From: Balanoglossus misakiensis | Taxonomy: Eukaryota; Animalia; Hemichordata | Direction: 5' to 3' | Assembly: GCA_040954595.2 (NCBI GenBank) | Contig: CM082587.2 | Coordinates: forward strand, 2,447,000 to 2,510,999 | DNA: 64,000 nt | In this document: piece by piece, positions 1-21,460 of the stretch | How the letters are laid out: each line of letters starts with the position of its first letter | How positions within the stretch are numbered: the first letter of the stretch is position 1 | Notes under the pieces: model-generated | What the model saw: the letters and a program-made list of their open reading frames with translations, nothing else | What the model was told of the DNA's origin: nothing | The model's database searches: none | Translations under genes and position numbers: made by a program

Positions 1-46
1 TATATATACATATATGTATATAAAACCGACATATCCTCCACCTTAC

Positions 47-118
47 CTCATCTTTGTGGCCGTCATAATTCCGTAGATCGAGTTTCGAAAAATTTTCTTC
101 GATGGTAGCAGACAACAT
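47..118 (-). CDS. First coding exon of a probable WD40-repeat protein; gene continues beyond the left edge
   Basis: Minus strand reads ATG(118) MLSATIEENFSKLDLRNYDGHKDE, followed directly by a strong donor GAG|GTAAGG (phase 0). 'L..Y.GH.DE' resembles the start of a WD40 repeat. Only 24 codons are visible. Confidence 0.45.
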
Positions 119-938
119 GATGAACAACACAGTGTTGTTTATGTTGACAACTCACATTTCGTTCGGGTAATCGGAGGAGACTGTTTGCAGCATTCCTCTG
201 ATAAAAATGGCTAGATCTCGACTAAGAGCTCATATAGTTTATCTCATGACAGCGCATACATCATACGCCACAAGATCTAATGAAAATTCAATGTTGATCT
301 AACTTACGAAGGGTATTTACAGATTTATCTGTGGCTTGACAACGCGACGCTGAAACTTTTCCCGGCAAGCCCACGCAAGTCACTGAAAATTATTCGTACG
401 ACCAACCATAATGAAGTCTTATGTGACCTAGCTGCACAGCAAAATATGAATCAGTGAAACGGGGTTCGTCTATTTAAGGCCTAGAATGTGGATATTTAAA
501 AAAACTTGAACAAGGTGATATCCAGCTTAGAATATTAGAAACTAGAAAATCAGCGGTTTGTTAAGGAGCCCAGCTTTCAAATCGAGGCGCGTGCTATCTA
601 CCGCCTTCATCATGATTGATTAACCAAAACAAAATAAATACTCGAGCTCACTCTAACCAATAGGGGTAGGGGCAGTCTAAAGCTGTTGCGTGTTGTGTGA
701 CGATCACTCGACTCGGATCGCTCGCCATTTGTGTAATCGCATCTTATCATTGTGCACGCAACGCTCCCTGTCGAGTCAGGCTACACAAACCCTCGACACA
801 GACCCCGTCACCTTGGAGACAACTGTGCGTGTACGTGTACACCTGGGCCCCAGTTACGCATTTAGTTTTACACATGTATGTTACAAATTTCACGTCTTTA
901 CGTCACCATGCGGAGGAATATGTTGTAAGTTTAGATGC

Positions 939-971
939 TATATATGTTATAACTTGTGATTAAGTCACGTC

Positions 972-1013
<42 letters not shown>

Positions 1014-1117
1014 CATCCATGCACAGACACTCAAATCAACAACTGTGAAGCCCCAGAACCCACTGATACCGTGGGTTTATATGTTATATATGTTATAACT
1101 TGTGATTAAGTCATGTC

Positions 1118-1148
<31 letters not shown>

Positions 1149-1216
1149 GGATGATGATGCATGCACAGACACTCAAATCAACAACTGTGAAGCCCCAGGA
1201 CCCACTGATACCGTGG
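939..1216. repeat. Two-copy tandem duplication (~140-bp unit), each copy containing an (ATG)n microsatellite
   Basis: tatatgttataacttgtgattaagtca..catgatgatg..atgcacagacactcaaatcaacaactgtgaagcccca..cccactgataccgtggg occurs at ~939-1075 and ~1086-1216. Confidence 0.92.
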
Positions 1217-1373
1217 GGCTTCGCGATTAATGATTTGACGTACGTCCATGATAATACAAAGTCCAACAACAGTCTGTCTAATGACAGTGACCCCGTCGAG
1301 GGCCTACACAACGCGCCCGATGGTGTTTCTGTCACCTTGGTTACGAATTAGGTCGAGGTCATCACAAGTACCA

Positions 1374-1514
1374 TTAAGGTAGATGCGCCTTTATACTCAA
1401 AGACTTAAACTTTCTCTCATATTTTGCTCAATGCAGCTTTAGATTATTCTATCTTAAAATTGAGAATAAAAAGTAGGGGCCACCTTGCAAATGTAAAAAA
1501 AAGTACAACCTTAA
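1374..1514. mobile_element. Short non-autonomous TTAA-flanked DNA transposon (Kolobok-like MITE)
   Basis: Begins TTAAggtagatgcgcc and ends gtacaaccTTAA, giving imperfect terminal inverted repeats with TTAA at both ends. Related termini occur at ~582-600 (tcgaggcgcgtgctatct) and 50365 (ttaaggtagcaagcgcctcgaaa). Confidence 0.6.
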
Positions 1515-2112
1515 ATGTGTAAGACCCATCGAAGGCGAAGGTCATTTGTTGAAGGACATTGTCTCGTTCTCCAATAAATGATTTACCACCCATTGCTACT
1601 CATTAGACTACACCCAGTCACTACACTACACCACCAGAAATTCCTTGGGAGAACACACACGTTTACCTGTCTAAGGTAAAATTTGGTGTTTTGCGAAGTA
1701 TTACATTAATTATTTTCAACTCAGGTGACAAAGACAGAATACTCTGACAGTTTTATATTCTTTTTTTAAAGTCATGTAAACTAGAGTCAGTTTTATTCAG
1801 TGTCTGAAACAACTAGGGGTATGTAGTGTCAACCAATTTAATGATAAGGCAAATATACTATCTGGTGTGGTTCAAAATGGGGTACATGTAGGTAGGAAAA
1901 TACTTTTATTTATCAGAACATGTCTTCAGTTTGTATATACTGTATGACATAATGTCTTTTTCAGAGATCTGAGGGTAAAGGCTACTTATACTATGTCCAT
2001 CACCTCTCGTATTCTAATTTCTACAGTGCAATGAAGTGAATAGAAGCTCCCAGGGATCTGATTTGAACGTCGAAGCGGCCCACCCAAATGCCAGTGAAGG
2101 AGGCACTTCAAG

Positions 2113-4448
2113 ATGGGTTTTGCAGTGATCGGGAACAGCTACAAGCAAACGGCCATAAACATTGTCTTGATGCTAGCCATTGCTGGAGCCTGGGTTGGCA
2201 GTATGCAGCTAATCTCATGTACCTACTCGCCATCTTATGACGGGGTGCTGCTGTATGTGTGGTTTTCCACGGCGTGGCTCATTAGTTTTTATCCGATTGC
2301 GAGATTTTTCAGTCGATTTCAGAAAAAGGAGTACATCATTGAGTATGAGAGGTGAGGTACTGGGTCAGTTGCTTTCGTTTGTTTGTTTTTTACCATAAAA
2401 GTACATTCTTTTATGAGCCTTTTCTTTTAATGGATTAATCTCTGTATACCAGTACGTCTAACAAGAACAGAAAAAGTGCATGTTAACTATGTAATGCATC
2501 CGTTAATTTTAACAGTACTCAGCATAGAAGAAACGCTGTCAGAGGTTTGATATTTCGTCTTCGACGATGGAACACATTGCTAGTTTACGTTTAAATGTAA
2601 TGCAGGCCTGGGACTACCCCACTGGAATATTGCACATAATGAATGCATATATGCACAGCCAAACTATAATCCCCTATTTTGTATTTTCGTATAATGTCAC
2701 TTATATTAACCAATCCTTGTGATCTGCTCACTTTGTAGGACGTGCGATTCAGTGCATGCACTTAATAGCCTCTGTCTGAAAACCTTTGTAACAAAGATCT
2801 GTCCTTTGTGTCTGCTGTGGTTTCTCAGTAACTACCTCTTCCTACAATCACTAACTGGACTCACTGCAACCGATACCTCTGCTATATTTTCCACCTGCTC
2901 GGTGTTTATTTACATATTTTCTGTGTTTGTGTTCCAAGAGTCTGTGCTGATGTTACGGGTAAGTTTTTGTTTCGCACTGGAGCTACATTCTCGTCTTCAG
3001 TGTCTATACCTCTTGCTTTTGCTTGTAACTTAATTTGCTGTAAGAAATTGTTGAATCAATCCTGCTGGTAGCTTAGCAAGACACATACTTTTGTGCATGT
3101 GCTCAATGTATGTTCATTTACAAGTGTTTTTTTTCTCTACCCCATAGGTGATTTCAGTTCTGTTGTCTCTCTTTGGATTTGCTTTACTGTGTTCCATAGA
3201 TGGTATCTTTCGCCCTGGCTTTGTGGCCATCATCTTGTCTGTTGGCTCAGCAGTCAGTGCTTCAGTCTATAAGGTAGCACGTAAAGCCTTCTATAATAGG
3301 TGTATTTTATATGATGTTATTTTTGCAGTGTCTTTGCCAGCTGAATGTTTTCAGTGTTTGAACATTCAACCTTATTAAGTGTCACCTGATTGGTCTTGAA
3401 AATAGTTACAACTGAACAACATCTAACAATGTGATTAGTAACATTTTGGTTTCACCAAAGAGTTGGTCGAAAGGAGTTAGTAGAGCCTGCTCCATTTGTG
3501 GGTTCGAAAAGAGTTAGCAGAGCATGCTCCATCTAAGGCACCCACCAGGTCTCTGTCCATAAAAAGTGTGATAGGAAGTGCCGTGTATAGGATAGTCTTG
3601 CTAATTGATACCAGAATCATTTGTATCAGTACTGGGTTTATTCGTTCACCTGTCTACAATGCTAACCGTCTTCTGCTCTTCAAAGGTCCTTCATCATTAC
3701 ATCCTTGGCAGTGCTACCTTTGCGGATATCTCCATGTTTCTCTCAATGCTTGGCTTGTGTGATTTGCTGTTACTGTGGCCGATAGTCCTTTATGCCTCGT
3801 GCATGCACTATGAGACCTACACTTGGGAGATGATCCCATGGGACATTTTAACAATGGCTGCTCTGTTTGGATGGGGTGAGTATTGATACAGATGTTTGTC
3901 AACAGATGCAGTGACCTCATTTTCATCCTACTCCTAAATCACGACAAAACCCCTCCTTTGTGGGAATTAATGTGGGCTTTTTACCTTCTCTTTCAGTTCT
4001 AAACATTCTGGTAACATTTGGCCGCGCCTTGACGTCACCTGTCAATATTACACTTGGAACTTTGTTGGGTATCCCAACCAATGCAGGTAAATCCTCCTTA
4101 ACTGCAAATCTGAATTTCTGAGTTTTGCACAATCATAGATTACATGATACCAGCTAATTGTATTTTCTCTTCCTCTCTCTCTCTCCCTTTTCAGTTGTGG
4201 ACATGCTAGCATATGAAGTGTCCTTCTCCTGGTTAAAAATCACGGCACTGTTCTTCATCTGCGCAGGATTTATTCTCATGCTCATTCCAACATCCTGGCA
4301 TCAGAAGGAAGCTATCCCCCAAGCCAGCAAAGCCGAAACGCCACCGTTCCGGAATACCTCTGGAGGGGAGGGGGAAGAATTTGGAAAAATATTCCGTTTT
4401 TCAGATACACTCCCTAAGCACCCTCAAAAGATTTCCGGTCCCCCCTGA
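2113..4448 (+). CDS. SLC35F3: Solute carrier family 35 member F3/F4-like (putative thiamine transporter, DMT/EamA fold), ~372 aa, 6 coding exons
   Basis: Phase-consistent GT-AG exons: 2113-2351, 2739-2958, 3148-3273, 3686-3875, 3997-4086, 4195-4448. Motifs WVGSMQL, TKICPLCLLWFLSNYLF, SASVYKVL, IPW, LGIPTNAVVD and GFILMLIP match SLC35F3/F4. AATAAA at 4752. Confidence 0.85.
3465..3534. repeat. Two-copy ~37-bp diverged tandem repeat in SLC35F intron 3
   Basis: ggtcgaaaggagttagtagagcctgctccattt / ggttcgaaaagagttagcagagcatgctccatct. Confidence 0.75.
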
Positions 4449-4899
4449 CAAAGTGTCAGATTTTTCTTGGCCTTGTGTATATATTTGTCATGAGTTTGTT
4501 TTTTAAGTTGATGAAACTCATATGTACAGTATGCTGTTATTCTATGTACCATTGCATGCTAATAGAGTTCACTTACTTTTTTACTTGTATATCAACTTGT
4601 TAACAGGAGGAAAGCTGACAAAACGCCAGTAACTTTCTGGGCTGAGCTACTGTTCTTTGCAGCATTGTTTTCTTTGTATTATAGATGCAATGAATTTGAT
4701 TTCCATCATTTACTATTACTTACTAGCTTCCAATTACTATAATGATTATGCAATAAATATTTTATCAAGTTGGTTTAATACTGGTATTTTGTGTTGAAAA
4801 TTGTGTGTGTGTGTGTCGCCTGTAGTATGTTTGGGTATGGACATGTGGTTGGGAAGATACTTGTGATTTTTACTCCCAATGCTTGTTATTTGTTTTGCT

Positions 4900-5168
4900 A
4901 AGCCACGAGTGATAACCGAGTTAAAAGTGTGAAGCGAGTCGAAGTTTAGTGAGTGAGGAGTTATGCGCCCTCAAAAGATTTTTTGACAGGCTCGTTTGTT
5001 TGTTTGTGTGGCCATTGGAGGTTTGAATTTCCCATAAAACCTTTCGTTTCCGCTCGCGCATGGGCAGATTTGTAAACATTGCAATGATTAAACCTCTAAA
5101 TTCTGTAACCTTTAGATTGGCCCCGAATTATAATCCTACGGGAAAGAGAGCGCTAAGGAGTAACACAG
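4900..5168 (+). promoter_or_regulatory. Probable RABGAP1 promoter and non-coding first exon
   Basis: CpG-richer patch with an NRF1-like cgcgcatgggca (~5055) and inverted CCAAT boxes (attgg). Strong donor CAG|GTAAGG at 5168/5169 and acceptor tttcAG at 5619, just upstream of ATG 5638. Confidence 0.5.
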
Positions 5169-5637
5169 GTAAGGCTATACTTAAGATACAATGCTTTGGA
5201 GAGTAGAAATGTATTTTAAAGGTCATCTTTGAAAATTGACAGGAGGGATCGTAACCTGATCGTGACTGTATCTAAACTCCTACATTCACATCATCAGTCA
5301 CTTCAGCCTTCACACAGAGGAAAACCTGCCACTTCTGACTGTTTCAGAGACTCACGAATTCTACTTAATGGGCCTCTCTAGGTGTCCAATACCCATCCTG
5401 TTATTTTCAGATGTAAGACTGCAATGACGGGGATAACCTCAGAGACCCCGCCCCCTTTCTACACGTAGGTTGACAGGTGGGATGCAGTATCTTATTGTCA
5501 GGCAGTCTGGAGAAAGAGAGAGTAGATCAGATCAGATGGATTTCTTTCAGATTCATATTTTATTTGTTTGATGGATCCGTTTACTGAGGGGAAAATCCGA
5601 CTTTTCCACTCGCTTTCAGTGTCATCAAGTCACCTAA

Positions 5638-17566
<11,929 letters not shown>

Positions 17567-19126
17567 CCAGGAACCCGCTTCTCTATCACTGCCATACCAA
17601 GTCCATTCCTTCGAAAAGTTATACAGTTCTGTTGTCATTTCGTTGCATCAATCACATGATTGTCCATTTATGTTGGGTTTTATTTCAAAACAACCTGGCA
17701 GTCAATTCAGCCAATCAGGAATCAGATATCAGTTTTTGAATTCGAGACAACCAATCACCAACCTGTACATAATAAGCTTGTAGATCCACCAATTAAAATT
17801 GCTTTTCAGCCATCTTGGATTTGCAGAGGTCAAAGTTCACAACCTACGACCCCAAACCACCTTCAGTGGTGTTTGATATGCAAAATTTCCTCATGCAATT
17901 TAATGCATGAACTTTACTGTATACATGAATCAAATTGACCTTAATGACTTACACAAATTACTGTATCTTTTTCTGAATCTCATTTTCGTTTCGTTTACCA
18001 TTAACGGTCACCTGATATAACCAGATGGATCCACAAGATATTTACAGTTACTTTAAACCTGTGTGTTTCCATAGTGATTGAGTACTTCAAGGCTGTTTGT
18101 TGTTTACCTGTGTTTTTGTCAGGAGTGTCTGTCCGAAGCTAGATTTAGGGTATTTGATCTTCATGTGTATATAATGTAGGTCTCAGACAGTAGATGCAGT
18201 ACAGTTAATACAAGTACAGCAGTTTTTTCTTGTACTTCAACTCAGTTTAGTTTCAAAAATCAGTTTTGATCTTCGTGGAAAAAGTTCAATTTGCATGTGC
18301 TGGCTCAAGTTCAGGCTGATCTCCAATGCCTACTCTCAAGGTCAAGTGCTTTGGGTCAAATTTACAATTGCATTATATTTATTTCAGTAGAAAGTAGTCT
18401 TTGTGAACTGAAGGAGAAGAAGAAGTCCTTTGGTGTATTGATCTTGAGAATTTCTCAATCATCTCTGTATATGTGTATATTATTATGAGTAGACATAGTG
18501 ACTAGGGGCTGGGGAAACACTCCAGCTTTTGAGGAGAAAGCTGTTTTCTGATGAAATGATATGTTGATTTTAAAAGGCATTTGGATCCTATACTCCCTAT
18601 GTTAAATGGCGTGTTCCTGCGTGTTGAGCTTTTAGGTCAGTCCATTTGAAGGGGGAGGGGTGTTTGGTCACAGTGCATGAAGATGCAGTGACTGTATAGT
18701 ATACTGTTTATAGACCATCAAGTTCTCTGATGATATCACAATTTCAGCTCTGAGTAGTTCGTTCTCCTTAACACCTGTTGTCACCCCTGTATGAAGAATG
18801 AACTCTGCCATTATATCATCACCCCATATGAAAAGTGAACTCTTCAATTATATCAGGCTTTGTCAGACTCTTCCGTATTCAAGTGATTGACATATGATTG
18901 ACAGCATGCAAGTAGTTTTTGTAAGCTTAAAACAGCGACATTGCTTGTAAAAAGTTCAGTGTTGGTACTGATTCCCAGAATGAAATCAAATTGAGCTGAG
19001 AAAAGTGCATATTAGTGCATTGTACCTGTAGTTTACAGCCGTAGTGTGCAGAAAACAGTCCAATCAAACTTTTGCCATGATAGTATGTTACCACGGTAAT
19101 GCGTGTGAGAATTTACATGTGGTGTA

Positions 19127-19263
19127 AATAAAAACAGTAATTCAAATCAAACAGTGAAGCGTGTTCTGTAGTTCCTAGTAGAATACTGGTGTGTGTTGAA
19201 TTCAGTAAAACAAGTAGAAGACAATTTTATGTCGCTCCAAAACTTTGAGATATACGATTTATT
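19127..19263. terminator. Convergent polyadenylation signals of RABGAP1 (+) and the MAPEG gene (-)
   Basis: AATAAA on + at 19127-19132. TTTATT (AATAAA on -) at 19258-19263, about 65 nt after the MAPEG stop codon. Confidence 0.55.
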
Positions 19264-19328
19264 GGAGCAAAGAATATATATTAGTATTTCCACCATTGTG
19301 TTTATGAGGAAAAATGCATCTGTAGATA

Positions 19329-20450
19329 TCACAGGACACTGGACATAAGTTGAATAAATAAATATAAATTACAGATCATTCCGACCCCAAAAGAAATCGA
19401 TCTCGCTGGTTGTTTCCCGGCAATGTACGAGATGGTGTGGATGAATCGAGCGACTGTAAAAACGCGGAACGTGTATAGCGCCACCATTGGTGAGGGGTCG
19501 ACGGTCGTGTACAGCAATCCCATGACCAGAAATGGAGTGATATTTTCAACGTCATTCTGGTGGCACCTGCAGAACCGAAAAATTATGTTTGTTGATGCTT
19601 GTCTTACAATGTGAAATTGTAATGTTTATTCATCAATTGATAATTTCGTAGAAAACGCAGGATTGGCTCAATAAAAGCAGAAATGATACACTAAGGAAAG
19701 TCCTGAATTGATGCATCCGTGATACGAAGGGACTGTTCAGATGGTACATCATGATAATACATTACCTTCGAATTCTTTCAACATCCGGGTCCTGTTTCAC
19801 AGCTTGACTGCCCGAAGTACCAGTATCTTCTAAATTTGCGTAAGCCTAGTAGCGGTATTCAAGCCACAAAAAAGTGATTAACAAAAAAGGCGAACATTTG
19901 ATGGCACCAATATATTTTGGCATGTTCAGGGAATCGGTGTTGAGATGAAATTTCAGTTTATTTTAAATCAAGCCTTTCAAATTATCTGTTCTATAGCATG
20001 TGCACTAGTTATTTAAATATTAATAATGACGATTGTAACAACTGCAAGAGAGAGAGAGAGGGGGGTGTAGGGAGAGGTGGGGATAAAGATGAGGGAAGAG
20101 AAAGAGGGCGGGGGAGAAGTGGAGAGAGAGATGAGTCATGATCTGCCTAGTCGGACACAAACAGAAAAATGCTTGATGCGACGATTATCAAGTAATAAGT
20201 GCTCTGATCAGAAACAAATCTTTTTGGGTCCATACCGAAAAGCAGAGCGCGTTTTGTAGCAATGAACATTTACTTTGGTGTGTGAAAATCTTTGACTATA
20301 TAGGATTAAAAAAATACTCACACTTTTTATTTTCCGGAGTATTCCTGTGAGCGGTGACAAAACTAGCCATTTTATGATGAGTATGCAGGCGAAGAACACA
20401 TAATCTCTGAAGACTTGGTTTTCAAGACAAAATGGTGATGTTGGGGTCAT
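19329..20450 (-). CDS. MGST1: MAPEG family microsomal glutathione S-transferase 1 / prostaglandin E synthase-like, 148 aa, 3 coding exons
   Basis: Minus-strand exons 20450-20322, 19845-19766 and 19566-19329 (447 nt). Protein contains AYANLED, DPDVERIRRCHQNDVENITPF, FRVFTVARFIHTISY and QPARS, which are hallmarks of the MGST1/PTGES clade. Confidence 0.92.
20047..20132. repeat. Purine-rich (GA) low-complexity tract in MAPEG intron 1
   Basis: agagagagagagaggggggtgtagggagaggtggggataaagatgagggaagagaaagagggcgggggagaagtggagagagag. Confidence 0.7.
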
Positions 20451-21460
20451 TTTGCTTCGAAATTTGGAACTACTTTGAGTACAGGCCACCAGCGAAACCT
20501 TCTTTTCGTAAAGTCCTATCCTGCGAGTGTTTATATGAGACTTTCTGTAGCCAATCCCATCGCAGTAAATCTAATATCATTAAATATGGAAATATATTTT
20601 GTCTGGTTGACACCGATGATTGGACAGCTATTAACGCTTACCTGATCACGTGAAAGCCAATCGATGCAAAATTTTACAAGGCACCAGCATATCTTGTAGA
20701 ATTCATCATTAATCCAAATTGTTCTGAGACACAATAAACTCATGCAAATTAAAGCGTTATTATCCGAATGTTCGCGAAATTTGGTGTAGGGCCATTTTGC
20801 CTGTGACATGACAATGGAAGTTTAGGCCTATATCATACTTGTACTTGAAAATGTCAATCATACAACAACAAAAGTGCAACAATAATAAAAAGCAGTAGTT
20901 AATCTTATGCAGTACAAGTATGATTTGCCTAACACCTTATATATTGGAGTTAACATACACAGCTTTTGGTAACAGTTATCGAGAAAGAAAAACATCGAAA
21001 AAGGGTCCGAAAATAAAAGCGGTCCCAGAAATGCCCGCAAAATGCGTTTGTTTCAGTGTAAATCAAACATCGATGCAAATGACCGATTCTGCACAAGTAT
21101 AATAGAACGTTCATTTTCGATATAGTTGCCTAACACCTTATATATTGGAGTTAACATACATAACTTTTGGTAACAATTATCGAGAGAAAAAACATCGAAA
21201 AAAGGGTCAGAAAATGATCATGATGAGACGTCATTATCCAAACGGAAGGACGCCCTCTTGAGACAAAACGAGGCATCATTATTTTTTAATTGTATTATAA
21301 AAACGTGAACTTAATTCTTTTGGATGAGATTTGATTATTTTTTTACCAAATAACTTTATTTCTTTACTTCAAAAGGTTATTCAAGAACTGTTCACAACCC
21401 TACTCCCAGTTGAAATTTGTTTACCTGGTACGAGCCAAATAAACACCCAAGATGGCGACC
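20451..21460. promoter_or_regulatory. Probable bidirectional promoter region between the MGST1/PTGES-like gene (-) and ABHD16A (+)
   Basis: Start codons are 1.0 kb apart, head-to-head. Contains CCAAT boxes in both orientations (~20551, ~20619, ~20658), an E-box tcacgtga (~20646) and a YY1-type caagatggcg overlapping the ABHD16A ATG. Confidence 0.6.
20925..21215. repeat. ~90-bp direct repeat, two copies 201 bp apart
   Basis: ttgcctaacaccttatatattggagttaacataca..cttttggtaaca.ttatcgaga..aaaaacatcgaaaaa..gggtc.gaaaat at 20925-21014 and 21126-21215. Confidence 0.9.

Noticed and set aside
939-1216. CRISPR-like or functional repeat array
   Set aside because: Only two copies, no unique spacers and a eukaryotic context. 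The same applies to the 20925-21215 repeat.
1111-1351. Poly-Met and poly-Ile ORFs
   Set aside because: They are translations of the (ATG)n microsatellite in a tandem duplication, with no splice or homology support.
1965-1974. 10-nt micro-exon upstream of SLC35F (tttcAG|agatctgagg|GTAAAG)
   Set aside because: It would leave only a 52-nt intron and I could not link it to an upstream coding frame. Unsupported without reads.
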